Assembly (NCBI GenBank): GCA_015066515.1
Contig: SVOH01000003.1
Coordinates: forward strand, 8,535 to 72,534
Reading direction: 5' to 3'
DNA from: Oscillospiraceae bacterium
Lineage (GTDB): Bacteria > Bacillota > Clostridia > Oscillospirales > Acutalibacteraceae
DNA length: 64,000 nucleotides
The position numbers and the translations under genes are program-made. This document shows positions 49,294 to 58,747 of the stretch, in pieces; positions within the stretch are counted from its first letter, which is position 1; the number at the start of each line of letters is the position of its first letter. The notes under the pieces are model-generated. The model made no database searches. It was not told the origin of the DNA and saw nothing but the letters and a program-made list of their open reading frames with translations.

Positions 49294-52200
49294 ACCTACT
49301 GAAATGCAGGAAAAGGCGATTAAAACGCGTGGTAATATTCTTGTATCTGCGGCGGCAGGCTCAGGTAAAACGGCTGTTTTGGTAGAGCGTGTTATAAATA
49401 TGCTCACTGATAAAGACTCACCTATAAGTGCCGATAGATTGCTTATTGTTACTTTTACAAATGCCGCTGCCGCAGAAATGCGCAGTAGAATAGAAGCGCG
49501 TATTTACGAAGAAATACAGAAAAAGCCTGATGATGTGATGCTTCAAAGGCAAAAATATTTGTTGCAAAATGCTGAGATTTGTACGATAGATTCTTTCTGC
49601 ATTAAGCTTGTACGTGAAAATTTTGAAAAATGCGGAATAGAACCAGACTTTAAAATAAGTGACGGTACACAACAGGCGGCAAGCTGTAATCGTATAATGT
49701 CAGAGCTTATTGCACAACAGTTAGAAAATCCAAACGATGACTTTTACCGTCTTTTAGAACTTACGTGTTGCGAATATGACGAAAAGAATCTTACAGAACT
49801 TATAAACCGAGTTTATCTTTATAGTCAACAATTGCCATTTCCAAATAATTTTATAAACGGTTTGTCATTACCGTATGAGACGGATTTTATATCCGGCAAC
49901 GTATGGTACGATATGGCTTTTGATGTTGCAAAAAAACGTGTTGATACGGCACGTAAATGTGCAATGCGTATGGCAGATGTTGCACCTTACACCAATAAAA
50001 ACAGTGAAAAACATATTGCTTATGTAGAAAATATAACTGCAATGCTTGAAAATCTTGATGCTGTTACGCACTTAAATGATTGGGATAGGTTGAATGAGGC
50101 GTTAGGCAAAATAACATTTGACCGTGTGCCGTCAAGTGATAAAGAAGATGAGTGTGCTAATGTATTTAAAGATAAACAAAAGCAAATTAAAGCATTAATT
50201 GGTGAGCTTTGTGAGCTTTTTGTCTTTACGCGTGAAGAAACACAAAAAGCTATTAAAGAAAATCTTGGTGCAATCAAGCTTTTGCAAAAGCTTATTATCG
50301 AGTATGGCAACAGGCTATTTGATTGCTTTAGAAAAGAAAACTCATTTACATTTTACAATATGGAACAAATGGCACTGGACCTGCTTTGTGAGTATAAAGA
50401 CGGGCATATTGTAATACGTGACGAAGCGCGAGAGCTTTGCTCTAAGTATGATGAGGTATTGGTTGACGAGTTTCAAGATGTAAATGATTTGCAAGATACA
50501 CTTTTTAACATACTTTCTAACAACGAGGAAAGATTATTTGTAGTTGGTGATGTAAAGCAAAGTATTTATGGCTTTAGGGGCTCTAATCCTGAAAATTTTC
50601 TCGGCAAAAAGGACCGATACATACCGATTGAAATTGCTCGAGAAAAAGAGGCTAAAAAAATATTTTTGTCAGACAACTTTCGTTCTCGTAAAGGAGTTTG
50701 CGATGCGGTTAACTTTTTCTTTTCTTACCTTTTGGCCGGTCAATGCGGTTCAATAGTCTACAGCGAGGAGGAAAAACTTAACGCAGGAGGCACATTTCCA
50801 AAAAGCGATGCACCAACCACCGAGTTATTGGTCGTAGATAAATACGGCGATGACGATGATTCGTTACTTGAAACCGAAGCACAAAGGATAGCTGAGTACA
50901 TTATTTCGGTAATGCGTGAAGGAAGCGTTATAAGCCATGGTGATACATTGCGCTTGGCACAATACAGCGATTTTGCAATATTGCTTGACAAGGTAAAGGA
51001 CAAGGCTACCGTTATTGCAGAGGTATTATCATCTTATGGAATACCTGTATCTTTAGGTGGCGATTCCTTTATGGAAAGCACTGAAATTGCCACTGTTATG
51101 TCCCTTTTACAGGTTATAGATAATCCTAAGTGTGACGTTGAACTGCTTGCAACAATGATGTCGCCCGTGTTTGCCTTTAGCGCTGAAGAAATGGCTAAAA
51201 TAAGGATAAATCAAAAATACGGACCACTGTATTCTGCTGTGGTGGCGTATAGTGAGTTGGGTGACAGTAAAACCACCGCATTTTTACATAGACTTACCGA
51301 GCTTCGTCGTGAAGCGGCTGTGCTGTCGGTTGATAGGCTAATTTCAAAGTTGATACATTCAACCGATATATTAAATATGATGTCGGCACTGCCCGGAGGC
51401 AGAGTGAGGCGTGCTAATCTTTTTGCACTTATTAACTATGCAAAATCTTTTGCTGCGCGTAGTGATTCGGGTGTATATGGATTTATAAGATATATGAAAT
51501 CTTTGCCTGAAAACAGTTTTAAAGGTGTTAATGTGGGCGGAGAAAACAGTGTAAAAATTATGTCGATGCATAATTCAAAAGGATTACAGTTTCCGGTTTG
51601 CATAGTTGCGAATTTGTCTTCACAAATTAATAATGCCGATTCTATAAGCCGTGTGTTGTTTAGCGAAAAACTCGGTATTGCCTTTAAGTATTATGATGAA
51701 AGGACAGGTTTTGATACCGAAATATTGGGTCATGCACTTATGGCTGATGCTGCACAGATTAAAACGGTAGAAGAAAAGCTTCGACTTTTGTATGTTGCTA
51801 TGACACGAGCAATTGATAGACTTTGTTTGGTGTACTCGACTAAAAATCTCGATAAAAAAATTCAAAAACTTTCATCAACACTGCTTGATGACGCACCATA
51901 TATAAGCAGAGAATTTCTTGAAAAAGGTCGGAATATGGGTGATTGGATTTTGAGCTGTGCATTGGTACACCCGAGCGGTGAGGTCTTGTGTAAGTATGCA
52001 GATATAGGCGTACCCAAAATTCAAAATGAAGCGGATATTAAGATAACAATTTTAAACAGCGAAGCGGCGTCTATAGAAATGACAGATAAAGCAGACGGCA
52101 AAGAGGGGACTTGTAATACTGAATTTGCTGATAAAATAAAATCAAACGCAGATTATGTATACAAATATGAAAATTTGCGGTTTTTACAGTCAAAGGCATC

Positions 52201-52777
52201 GGTGTCACGACTTGTTCACTCAGCCGAAGATGATCGTTTTGCCTTTGTTGAAAGGCCTGCATTTATGACTGGCAATAAGCTTTCGGGGGCACAGCGTGGT
52301 ACTGCAATGCACCACATTATGCAATTTATAAATTTTGAGAAAACTGTTGATGTCAAGGCTGAAATTGAACGTCTTATTGAATGGAAATTTATTACCGAGC
52401 AAGAAGCGGCTTCTGTCGATGTTGCGGCTATAGAACAATTTTTTAAAGGAAAATTATATAGCCGTATTATTTCGGCAAATGAGGTCAAACGCGAGATGCG
52501 TTTTATAACCGAGATTGCGGCTAGTCGATTGGATCCTACGGTGAATAGTGATGCCGGAATTATTGTTCAGGGTGCGGTTGACCTCTGCTTTGTTGAAGAT
52601 GACGGAGTGGTGGTGCTTGACTTTAAGACTGATAGAGTAGCTGAGTTAAGCAAGCTTGTTGATTGTTACGGTGAACAGTTAGAGATTTATTCTGCTGCGG
52701 CAGAAAAGATTTTTGGTCTACCCGTAAAAGAAAAAATTATATACTCTTTCCATTTAGGAGATAGCATTTCGTTTTAG
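49283..52777 (+). CDS. addA: helicase-exonuclease AddAB, subunit AddA (UvrD/PcrA-type helicase plus nuclease)
   Basis: Motifs VSAAAGSGKT, VDEFQDVN and the C-terminal nuclease motif GAVDLCF...VLDFKTD. GTG start overlaps the end of addB. Confidence 0.9.
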   Translation: MTFKPTEMQEKAIKTRGNILVSAAAGSGKTAVLVERVINMLTDKDSPISADRLLIVTFTNAAAAEMRSRIEARIYEEIQKKPDDVMLQRQKYLLQNAEICTIDSFCIKLVRENFEKCGIEPDFKISDGTQQAASCNRIMSELIAQQLENPNDDFYRLLELTCCEYDEKNLTELINRVYLYSQQLPFPNNFINGLSLPYETDFISGNVWYDMAFDVAKKRVDTARKCAMRMADVAPYTNKNSEKHIAYVENITAMLENLDAVTHLNDWDRLNEALGKITFDRVPSSDKEDECANVFKDKQKQIKALIGELCELFVFTREETQKAIKENLGAIKLLQKLIIEYGNRLFDCFRKENSFTFYNMEQMALDLLCEYKDGHIVIRDEARELCSKYDEVLVDEFQDVNDLQDTLFNILSNNEERLFVVGDVKQSIYGFRGSNPENFLGKKDRYIPIEIAREKEAKKIFLSDNFRSRKGVCDAVNFFFSYLLAGQCGSIVYSEEEKLNAGGTFPKSDAPTTELLVVDKYGDDDDSLLETEAQRIAEYIISVMREGSVISHGDTLRLAQYSDFAILLDKVKDKATVIAEVLSSYGIPVSLGGDSFMESTEIATVMSLLQVIDNPKCDVELLATMMSPVFAFSAEEMAKIRINQKYGPLYSAVVAYSELGDSKTTAFLHRLTELRREAAVLSVDRLISKLIHSTDILNMMSALPGGRVRRANLFALINYAKSFAARSDSGVYGFIRYMKSLPENSFKGVNVGGENSVKIMSMHNSKGLQFPVCIVANLSSQINNADSISRVLFSEKLGIAFKYYDERTGFDTEILGHALMADAAQIKTVEEKLRLLYVAMTRAIDRLCLVYSTKNLDKKIQKLSSTLLDDAPYISREFLEKGRNMGDWILSCALVHPSGEVLCKYADIGVPKIQNEADIKITILNSEAASIEMTDKADGKEGTCNTEFADKIKSNADYVYKYENLRFLQSKASVSRLVHSAEDDRFAFVERPAFMTGNKLSGAQRGTAMHHIMQFINFEKTVDVKAEIERLIEWKFITEQEAASVDVAAIEQFFKGKLYSRIISANEVKREMRFITEIAASRLDPTVNSDAGIIVQGAVDLCFVEDDGVVVLDFKTDRVAELSKLVDCYGEQLEIYSAAAEKIFGLPVKEKIIYSFHLGDSISF

Positions 52778-52786
52778 AGGTTTATT

Positions 52787-53344
52787 ATGGATTTAGTACT
52801 TAAAAAGGGCCGTCCTGAAATATTGGACGGCCGCGAAGAAAAAGAATTAAAATGTTATGATTTTTTAGATAATCTGGGTGTTGAGTATTATCACGTGGAT
52901 CACCGAGATATGCCTGCCGATACAATGGAAGCGTGTGTGGCGATAGATAGGGCACTTGATTGTAAGATATGTAAAAATTTGTTTTTGTGTAATCGCCAAA
53001 AAACAGATTTTTATCTGCTAATGATGCCTGCTGACAAGCCATTTAAAACCAAGGATTTAACAGCACAGATTAATTCGGCGCGGCTGTCGTTTGCTGACAG
53101 TGATGCTATGCTAAAATATCTTAATATTACACCGGGTGCTGTGAGTGTTTTAGGACTAATGAATGATACCGAGTGTAGCGTGCGTTTGCTTGTTGACAAG
53201 GATATTTTGAATGATGAGTATATAGGTTGTCATCCGTGCGTAAATACTACAAGTATGAAAATTAAAACCGATGATATTTTTGATAAAATAATTTCTGCTA
53301 CAAATCATACAAAAACGGTAGTTGAGTTGCCGTGGTATGAATAA
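52787..53344 (+). CDS. YbaK/ProX-type aminoacyl-tRNA editing domain protein
   Basis: Size and the CKNLFLCNRQKTDFYLLMMPADK...PGAVSVLGL pattern match trans-editing domains. Confidence 0.6.
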   Translation: MDLVLKKGRPEILDGREEKELKCYDFLDNLGVEYYHVDHRDMPADTMEACVAIDRALDCKICKNLFLCNRQKTDFYLLMMPADKPFKTKDLTAQINSARLSFADSDAMLKYLNITPGAVSVLGLMNDTECSVRLLVDKDILNDEYIGCHPCVNTTSMKIKTDDIFDKIISATNHTKTVVELPWYE

Positions 53345-53410
53345 CTCAACCAACGGTGTGTAGACATTCCTCAGTGAATTGTTTATATTAATGATAAAGG
53401 AGGCGCGCGA

Positions 53411-54031
53411 ATGGATCAGGTAAAGATAGGTAAATTTATAGCCGAATGCAGAAAAGCGCAAAAGCTTACTCAAATGCAGTTGGCTGAAAAGCTTGGTATT
53501 ACCGATAGGGCAGTATCAAAGTGGGAAACGGGTAAGTCGTTACCCGATTCTGCAATAATGCTTTCCCTTTGTAGCCTTCTTAAAATAACGGTAAACGATT
53601 TACTTAGTGGGGAGGTAGTTATAATGGAAAATTATAACAAAGAAATGGAAAACAAATTATTAGAAATGGTAAGGCAAAAAGAGTCGGACGACAAAAGAAT
53701 GTTGGCTTTGGAAATATTTATTGGCGTGATATTTTCGGTTGTTATGTTTGTTTTAATAATGGTGGCATCGTTTGTTCAAATGACTGATTGGATTAGAATA
53801 TTGCTTATACTGTTAGGTTTTATCCCGTTTGTTGTGGCAGTGCCGTTTATGATAAAAATCGAGCAGACGGCAGGTTATTATGAATGTCAAAAATGCGGTC
53901 ACCGTTACGTGCCTACATTTAGCAGTGTGTTATGGGCAATGCACGTAAATAGGACACGTTATATGAAATGCCCTGAGTGTCACCAAAAGTCTTGGCAAAA
54001 AAAGGTGCTAGGTAAATACGCAGACCAATAA
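53411..54031 (+). CDS. membrane-tethered XRE-family HTH regulator with a C-terminal zinc ribbon
   Basis: HTH_3 region (LTQMQLAEKLGITDRAVSKWETGKSLP), two TM helices, then CQKCGH...CPECH. Confidence 0.8.
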   Translation: MDQVKIGKFIAECRKAQKLTQMQLAEKLGITDRAVSKWETGKSLPDSAIMLSLCSLLKITVNDLLSGEVVIMENYNKEMENKLLEMVRQKESDDKRMLALEIFIGVIFSVVMFVLIMVASFVQMTDWIRILLILLGFIPFVVAVPFMIKIEQTAGYYECQKCGHRYVPTFSSVLWAMHVNRTRYMKCPECHQKSWQKKVLGKYADQ

Positions 54032-54099
54032 TAAAGTTGAAATATCAAAATTGGTATGATATTATAACCTTGCCAATATAAATTATTTGGGGTGAGTAA

Positions 54100-54324
54100 A
54101 TGAAGTCTCACAAAACAAAAATGATAGCACCTATAGTAGTTGCGGTCGTTGCGGTTTTGTATTACGCGGTTTACTTTGGCTTTTTAATGTGGCTTGTAGG
54201 CGGTGTGTGGAGATGGCTTTTGGGCATTATACCACTTGCATTTTCAGCATTAATAGTTAAGGTTTGCTGTGAAAGAATTAATGAAATTAAGAAGGGTGAA
54301 GAAGATGATCTTAGTAAATACTGA
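54100..54324 (+). CDS. small two-TM membrane protein, 74 aa
   Basis: RBS GGGGTGAG. Two hydrophobic helices and an acidic tail. Confidence 0.6.
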   Translation: MKSHKTKMIAPIVVAVVAVLYYAVYFGFLMWLVGGVWRWLLGIIPLAFSALIVKVCCERINEIKKGEEDDLSKY

Positions 54325-54616
54325 TTTTATCAGCGGTAAAGAACTTGAAACAATAAGTCTTGTAAAGGGAAGTACAATTCAGTCAAAGCACATTGGTAAG
54401 GATATTGCTCAAAGCTTTAAAACCTTGGTAGGTGGAGAATTGAAAGCATATAACGAAATGATGAATGAGGCTCGCGCGCTCGCTACCAAGCGTATGGTAG
54501 CCGAAGCGGAAACGCTTGGTGCTGATGCGATTATAAATATCCGCTATGCATCATCAGCTGTTATGCAGGGCGCAGCTGAAGTTATTGTTTACGGAACAGC
54601 GGTAAAATTTATTTAA
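54305..54616 (+). CDS. YbjQ (UPF0145) family protein
   Basis: MILVNTDFISGKELETISLVKGS...DAIINIRY. ATG at 54305 follows GGGTGA. Confidence 0.8.
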   Translation: MILVNTDFISGKELETISLVKGSTIQSKHIGKDIAQSFKTLVGGELKAYNEMMNEARALATKRMVAEAETLGADAIINIRYASSAVMQGAAEVIVYGTAVKFI

Positions 54617-54624
54617 GAAACAAC

Positions 54625-54657
54625 AAAAAAGATGTCGCTCTGCGACATCTTTTTTTA
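54625..54657. terminator. bidirectional terminator
   Basis: Stem AAAAAAGATGTCGC-TC-TGCGACATCTTTTTTT. Confidence 0.85.
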
Positions 54658-55536
54658 ACTTAATATAGAAAGTAATGTGTTAATATTTTCATCAGAGTAT
54701 TCAATTTCGGAGGAATAAATACGGGCTATTTCAATAAGTTCTTCTATAGTGTTTGATATGTTCATAGTTTTAATAACTTTATATATCAGTACCGCAAATA
54801 AAACGCGCTCTTTAAACATATCATCATATTGACCATCAAGAAAATGCCTGAAAATAAGATATACAAGTAGCTGCTCGTAAGAGGTATCAAGCGAGTTGTC
54901 GGGTGTGGAGGAGTCGATTCCGTTTTTAATTCGCAACAAATATTCGTCCCATGCGTTATCCAATTTTTCAAGGCCGCTAAAAACTTGATGCCAGTCGGTA
55001 TTGGTCTGTAATTGACCGTCAACCAAACACAGCATATTGTCTATACGTTTATCAAGCGGAAGTGTTCTGTCTTGTAGAATATCAAAAAGCTTTTCTCTAA
55101 AATTTATGGTAGGTATTTGTTTTATTTTGGCGGGTATGTTAAGTGTAGTTTTTTCTTTTTGGGTAAGTATAATTTTGGCGGCTGCTTCGCAAGCAAGACC
55201 AAGTCCAATTTCAACAAAATCGTCATAAAAATTGCGAAAACGTGGGTGATCGCTACATATCTGACACAGCATATCCTCGCCTAAGTTTACAATAATGTCG
55301 CATAGTCCTTGCTTATTTAAAAAAGGGCAGCGTTCGTTATTGTCTAATTTAAAATGTGGGGTGTCGCCAAACTCAATGTTCGATTTTATTTTTGACGCAA
55401 AATCGCTCTGAAGATTCTTATATTTTTCTAAAGTGATATCATCAATATCTATTTCCCAACCAATGCAACACGAGTGTTTGCATTTGTCGGCAATACACTT
55501 AAATTTATTATAATAATTTGGTGTTATGGTAGTCAT
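54655..55536 (-). CDS. FliB-family (flagellin lysine-N-methylase-like) Cys-rich protein
   Basis: N-terminal motif YYNKFKCIADKCKHSCCIGWEIDID plus later CPF...C..C cysteines. Confidence 0.6.
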   Translation of the reverse strand: MTTITPNYYNKFKCIADKCKHSCCIGWEIDIDDITLEKYKNLQSDFASKIKSNIEFGDTPHFKLDNNERCPFLNKQGLCDIIVNLGEDMLCQICSDHPRFRNFYDDFVEIGLGLACEAAAKIILTQKEKTTLNIPAKIKQIPTINFREKLFDILQDRTLPLDKRIDNMLCLVDGQLQTNTDWHQVFSGLEKLDNAWDEYLLRIKNGIDSSTPDNSLDTSYEQLLVYLIFRHFLDGQYDDMFKERVLFAVLIYKVIKTMNISNTIEELIEIARIYSSEIEYSDENINTLLSILS

Positions 55537-55631
55537 AAATTATCCTTTGTATTTTTTAAAAAATATAACATATTTCTTGTTGCTAGTCAAATATAAACTG
55601 TGGTATAATGACAACATAGTAAAAAACAGGG

Positions 55632-56810
55632 ATGAATATAATGCTTTTAAAACGTTTAGCGGCTTTTGCTGTCGCTTTAATACTAGTTGTACAGCTTACT
55701 GCTTGCCGACCAAATACATCGGTAGACGATACTAGTCGCATTGATACGAGCAGTTTGGCGGTAGGCACCAATGACACGCTATCAAGTGATATCAGTGAGG
55801 ATAATCCAAAAGAAGATATTATCAGTGATTCATATTCCTCTTCATTGGTAGGGGGGATTACCGATAACGGTAGTGAAGAAATACCTATTGTTGATATTAC
55901 TTCAAGCGAAACTCAAGATACTGATGTTCCACAACAAGATAATAACAATGAAACCAATAACGGTAACAGTGTTACAGGTTGTACTCACGGCGATGAGGAC
56001 CCGTATCTTGATGTTAGTAAATCAGAATTTTATGCTGATTATAAAGCTGCTTGCTGCAATACCGATGCTAGTTACCGTTCAAAGCACGGATTTTTATCGG
56101 GGTCCTTAGAGGTGCCGGGTCAGTATGCTACAGAGACCGAAAACCGCCCTATGTTAAACGGTAAATTTGTACGAAATACTGCCGCTGTTTATTTAGACAA
56201 TGGTAATACATATATGGTAATGGATGCTGACGGCCGCGAGGTTATGCGAATACATAAAGCCGGTGGGTATATAACGCTTGAAGAAGTGGCGGCCTATATG
56301 TATGCTTTTGGCGGTAGCGGAAAAATACCTGCAAACTATATCTCTAAAAAGAAGGGTAGACCAAATAGCAGTATTTGGGGTGAGTATCTGCGCGTAAATC
56401 ATTCCTATTTTATAGGTGATACAGATAAGTACCCGTACGAACCTGAGCTTCCTAATATTTCGGGTTGCGGCGGAGATTTAAGGTATTATGAGATGGATAT
56501 AGGTACCACCGGTACCTCAACACCCGGTTATCCGCCTCAAGCCTATATACAGGGTAATTCTATAGAGCGTGGCGCTGCGAGAATAGTTTATGCTCGGGAT
56601 GATCTTAACGGAAACGGAGTATATGAAAATAACGAGGTATACGTTTTCTATACCCATAATCACTATAACGATTTTAGAGAATATCTTAACTACTATGGCG
56701 GTTGGGGAGAAATGTTTGGTAACGTAACAGGTGGCGGAGAATATAGCAGTAAATATAACGCTAACCCAACCCCGTACGTACCAACCGCATATGCCGATTT
56801 TACGAAATAA
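55632..56810 (+). CDS. lipoprotein with a C-terminal barnase/RNase Sa-type (N1/T1 superfamily) ribonuclease domain
   Basis: Lipobox LTAC, then an acidic S/T/D linker. The C-terminus aligns by eye with barnase: IPANYISKKKG, YYEMDIG (catalytic Glu), RGAARIVY and THNHYNDF (catalytic His). The start may be the ATG at 55641. Confidence 0.7.
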   Translation: MNIMLLKRLAAFAVALILVVQLTACRPNTSVDDTSRIDTSSLAVGTNDTLSSDISEDNPKEDIISDSYSSSLVGGITDNGSEEIPIVDITSSETQDTDVPQQDNNNETNNGNSVTGCTHGDEDPYLDVSKSEFYADYKAACCNTDASYRSKHGFLSGSLEVPGQYATETENRPMLNGKFVRNTAAVYLDNGNTYMVMDADGREVMRIHKAGGYITLEEVAAYMYAFGGSGKIPANYISKKKGRPNSSIWGEYLRVNHSYFIGDTDKYPYEPELPNISGCGGDLRYYEMDIGTTGTSTPGYPPQAYIQGNSIERGAARIVYARDDLNGNGVYENNEVYVFYTHNHYNDFREYLNYYGGWGEMFGNVTGGGEYSSKYNANPTPYVPTAYADFTK

Positions 56811-56821
56811 TATATAGCAAA

Positions 56822-56851
56822 AAAAGAGCAGTGAATATTCACTGCTCTTTT
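56822..56851. terminator. bidirectional terminator
   Basis: Stem AAAAGAGCAGTGAATATTCACTGCTCTTTT. Confidence 0.8.
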
Positions 56852-56891
56852 ACTTTTATGTGAAATATAACGTTTAATATTTTATGTTTAT

Positions 56892-58445
56892 CTATTTTTT
56901 AAAAACATACCAAAACGGGTCTTCACCACCAAAAGAATAGTCACCACTTTTCCATTCAATAAACAAATACTCTACGTTATCGTGTTTTTGAATAATGTAT
57001 TTGCTTGCAGTTTGTCGCGGATTACATATTACATATTCATTTACCCAATGCCAAATATTTGATGGGTCGGTATGCGATTTCGTTTCTTCGTAGGTTTTAA
57101 ATGTGTTAATCATTGCGCCATCGCTTAAAAATTCCGCATTGCGCCAATAGAGTGCTTCATAAGGTACAAAAGAACACATACTTTGTGAGTTGAAGTCATT
57201 AGGTGAGCGTACCAAATCACAAACATTCCATTTTCCTATAACATTTATATCGGTGATAGGTGCTGTTGGAATTTTGTCTTTTATCATAATTTCATTTTTT
57301 GTATATGTTTTAGAATCTGTTTTTTTAAGTACTAAAATTTCAGGTATTCCTCCTTGAAAATAATCATAGGTTTTAAACTCTATGAACATAAAAGTATCTT
57401 TCCCGATTTTTTCTATGGTATATTTATTCTGACTTTTTCGGTGTGGATATCCGCAGTTTGACAAAAGAATCCCTTTTGTCCAGTTGAAACACCAATATTT
57501 TTCACCATCAGGCAAAAAATAGAGTTCTTTGATCAAATCATTTGACAATAATGATTTTGTTTTTTGTGGATTGAACATCTCTTTGCAAGGCAAACCGTCA
57601 AATACAACCCAACGACCTATAACTTCGGGGTCATTTTCAAAAGGAATATTTATATCATCGTTATAATTTATATCAAATTTTCCGAGTTTTACAATAGGTA
57701 GTTTGATTTCGATTGTATTATCAGAATAAATTATTTTATATATTGGACCTACAATTTGATAATTATTGTCTAATGTGTACTTGTTAAGTTGCTTCACAGC
57801 CTTTTCATAATCTTTTTCCAAGCAGATAAGACTCGCGGTATCAGTTGTGAAATCAATTGTTTTTTCAATCAGGTTAGATGATTTTGGCAGTTTTCCAATT
57901 ATTTCGACACCAAAACCTGTATCGAAATCTCTATTTGCAAATTCTGTTTCGTAGTCGATAATTACCTTTCTATCGCCGATAATTTCATTTGGAATGGCTT
58001 TTTTAATTTTGCATAATATATCATTATACTGAGATTTGCTATTAACAATTTTACGGCAATATGCAATAGTCAATCTGTCACTTTTCTTTATGATTATATT
58101 AAACATAGACTCATTCTCCTTTAATGATGAATTTAGTAAATGGAGAGTGTTTATGCGTTTTTCGGTTTCTGTCATCAAAAGTTCAAGCTCTTTTGTCTTT
58201 TGAGCGATAAGTTTTGAATATTCGTCTTTAGTAAGTGAAAAAATTGACTTAATTTCTGAAAGGCTAAACCCTAACTCTTTTAAGGTTAAAATTTTATAGC
58301 AATCAGAAAGTTTAGACGCATTATAATAACGATATCCTGTAAAATCATCAATTCTATCAGGTTGTAAAATGCCTTCATGATCGTAAAATCTCAACGTTTT
58401 TACAGGAATATTTGACAGTTTTGACAGTTCACCGATTTTATACAT
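56892..58445 (-). CDS. MerR-family regulator with a GyrI-like effector domain and an extra ~250-aa C-terminal domain
   Basis: MYKIGELSKLSNIPVKTLRFYDHEGIL followed by a coiled coil. ATG at 58445 follows GAGGTGA. Confidence 0.8.
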   Translation of the reverse strand: MYKIGELSKLSNIPVKTLRFYDHEGILQPDRIDDFTGYRYYNASKLSDCYKILTLKELGFSLSEIKSIFSLTKDEYSKLIAQKTKELELLMTETEKRINTLHLLNSSLKENESMFNIIIKKSDRLTIAYCRKIVNSKSQYNDILCKIKKAIPNEIIGDRKVIIDYETEFANRDFDTGFGVEIIGKLPKSSNLIEKTIDFTTDTASLICLEKDYEKAVKQLNKYTLDNNYQIVGPIYKIIYSDNTIEIKLPIVKLGKFDINYNDDINIPFENDPEVIGRWVVFDGLPCKEMFNPQKTKSLLSNDLIKELYFLPDGEKYWCFNWTKGILLSNCGYPHRKSQNKYTIEKIGKDTFMFIEFKTYDYFQGGIPEILVLKKTDSKTYTKNEIMIKDKIPTAPITDINVIGKWNVCDLVRSPNDFNSQSMCSFVPYEALYWRNAEFLSDGAMINTFKTYEETKSHTDPSNIWHWVNEYVICNPRQTASKYIIQKHDNVEYLFIEWKSGDYSFGGEDPFWYVFKK

Positions 58446-58489
58446 AAATATCACCTCATTAAAAATGTGTATAGGTACCTTACAGGTGT

Positions 58490-58520
58490 ATGATAACATT
58501 ACAGTAAAGGGGAGAGTCAA
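58490..58520 (-). promoter_or_regulatory. MerR-type promoter with a 19-bp spacer
   Basis: On the minus strand: TTGACT (58520-58515), 19-nt spacer, TATCAT (58495-58490). Confidence 0.5.
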
Positions 58521-58584
58521 GTGTCATTTTGAAAATTTTTGTAGTAAGTATTTTTGGGTTTTATAGAATTTCAAGTTTTTATAT

Positions 58585-58623
58585 AAAAAATCTCAGCTCA
58601 CCCAAAAGAGTGAACTGAGATTT
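58585..58623 (-). terminator. intrinsic terminator of the tRNA operon
   Basis: On the minus strand: AATCTCAGTTCAC...GTGAGCTGAGATT followed by TTTTTT. Confidence 0.8.
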
Positions 58624-58698
58624 TGGCAGGGGTAGAAGGACTCGAACCCTCACAAACGGTTTTGGAGACCGGTGTGCTACCATTGACACCATACCCCT
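58624..58698 (-). tRNA. tRNA-Trp (CCA)
   Basis: The reverse complement AGGGGTATGG...GGTCTCCAAAACC...GGGTTCGAGTCC...CCCCTGCCA forms a cloverleaf with anticodon loop CTCCAAA and an encoded CCA. Confidence 0.95.
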
Positions 58699-58747
58699 AA
58701 ATAAAAATATGCCTCTTATAAAGAAGCTATATTATATAAAAAATAAA

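Noticed and set aside
58446-58520. N-terminal extensions given by the ORF track. Examples: MerR from 58520, DegV from 62918, rlmB from 8155, AraC from 32506, ARH from 32438, addB from 45991, mannosidase from 58979, YbjQ from 54269, FAD protein from 9496, U32 from 40328.
   Set aside because: In each case an internal ATG with a well-spaced GGAG/GGTGA-type RBS begins the conserved family N-terminus. The longer forms overlap promoters, terminators or divergent genes.
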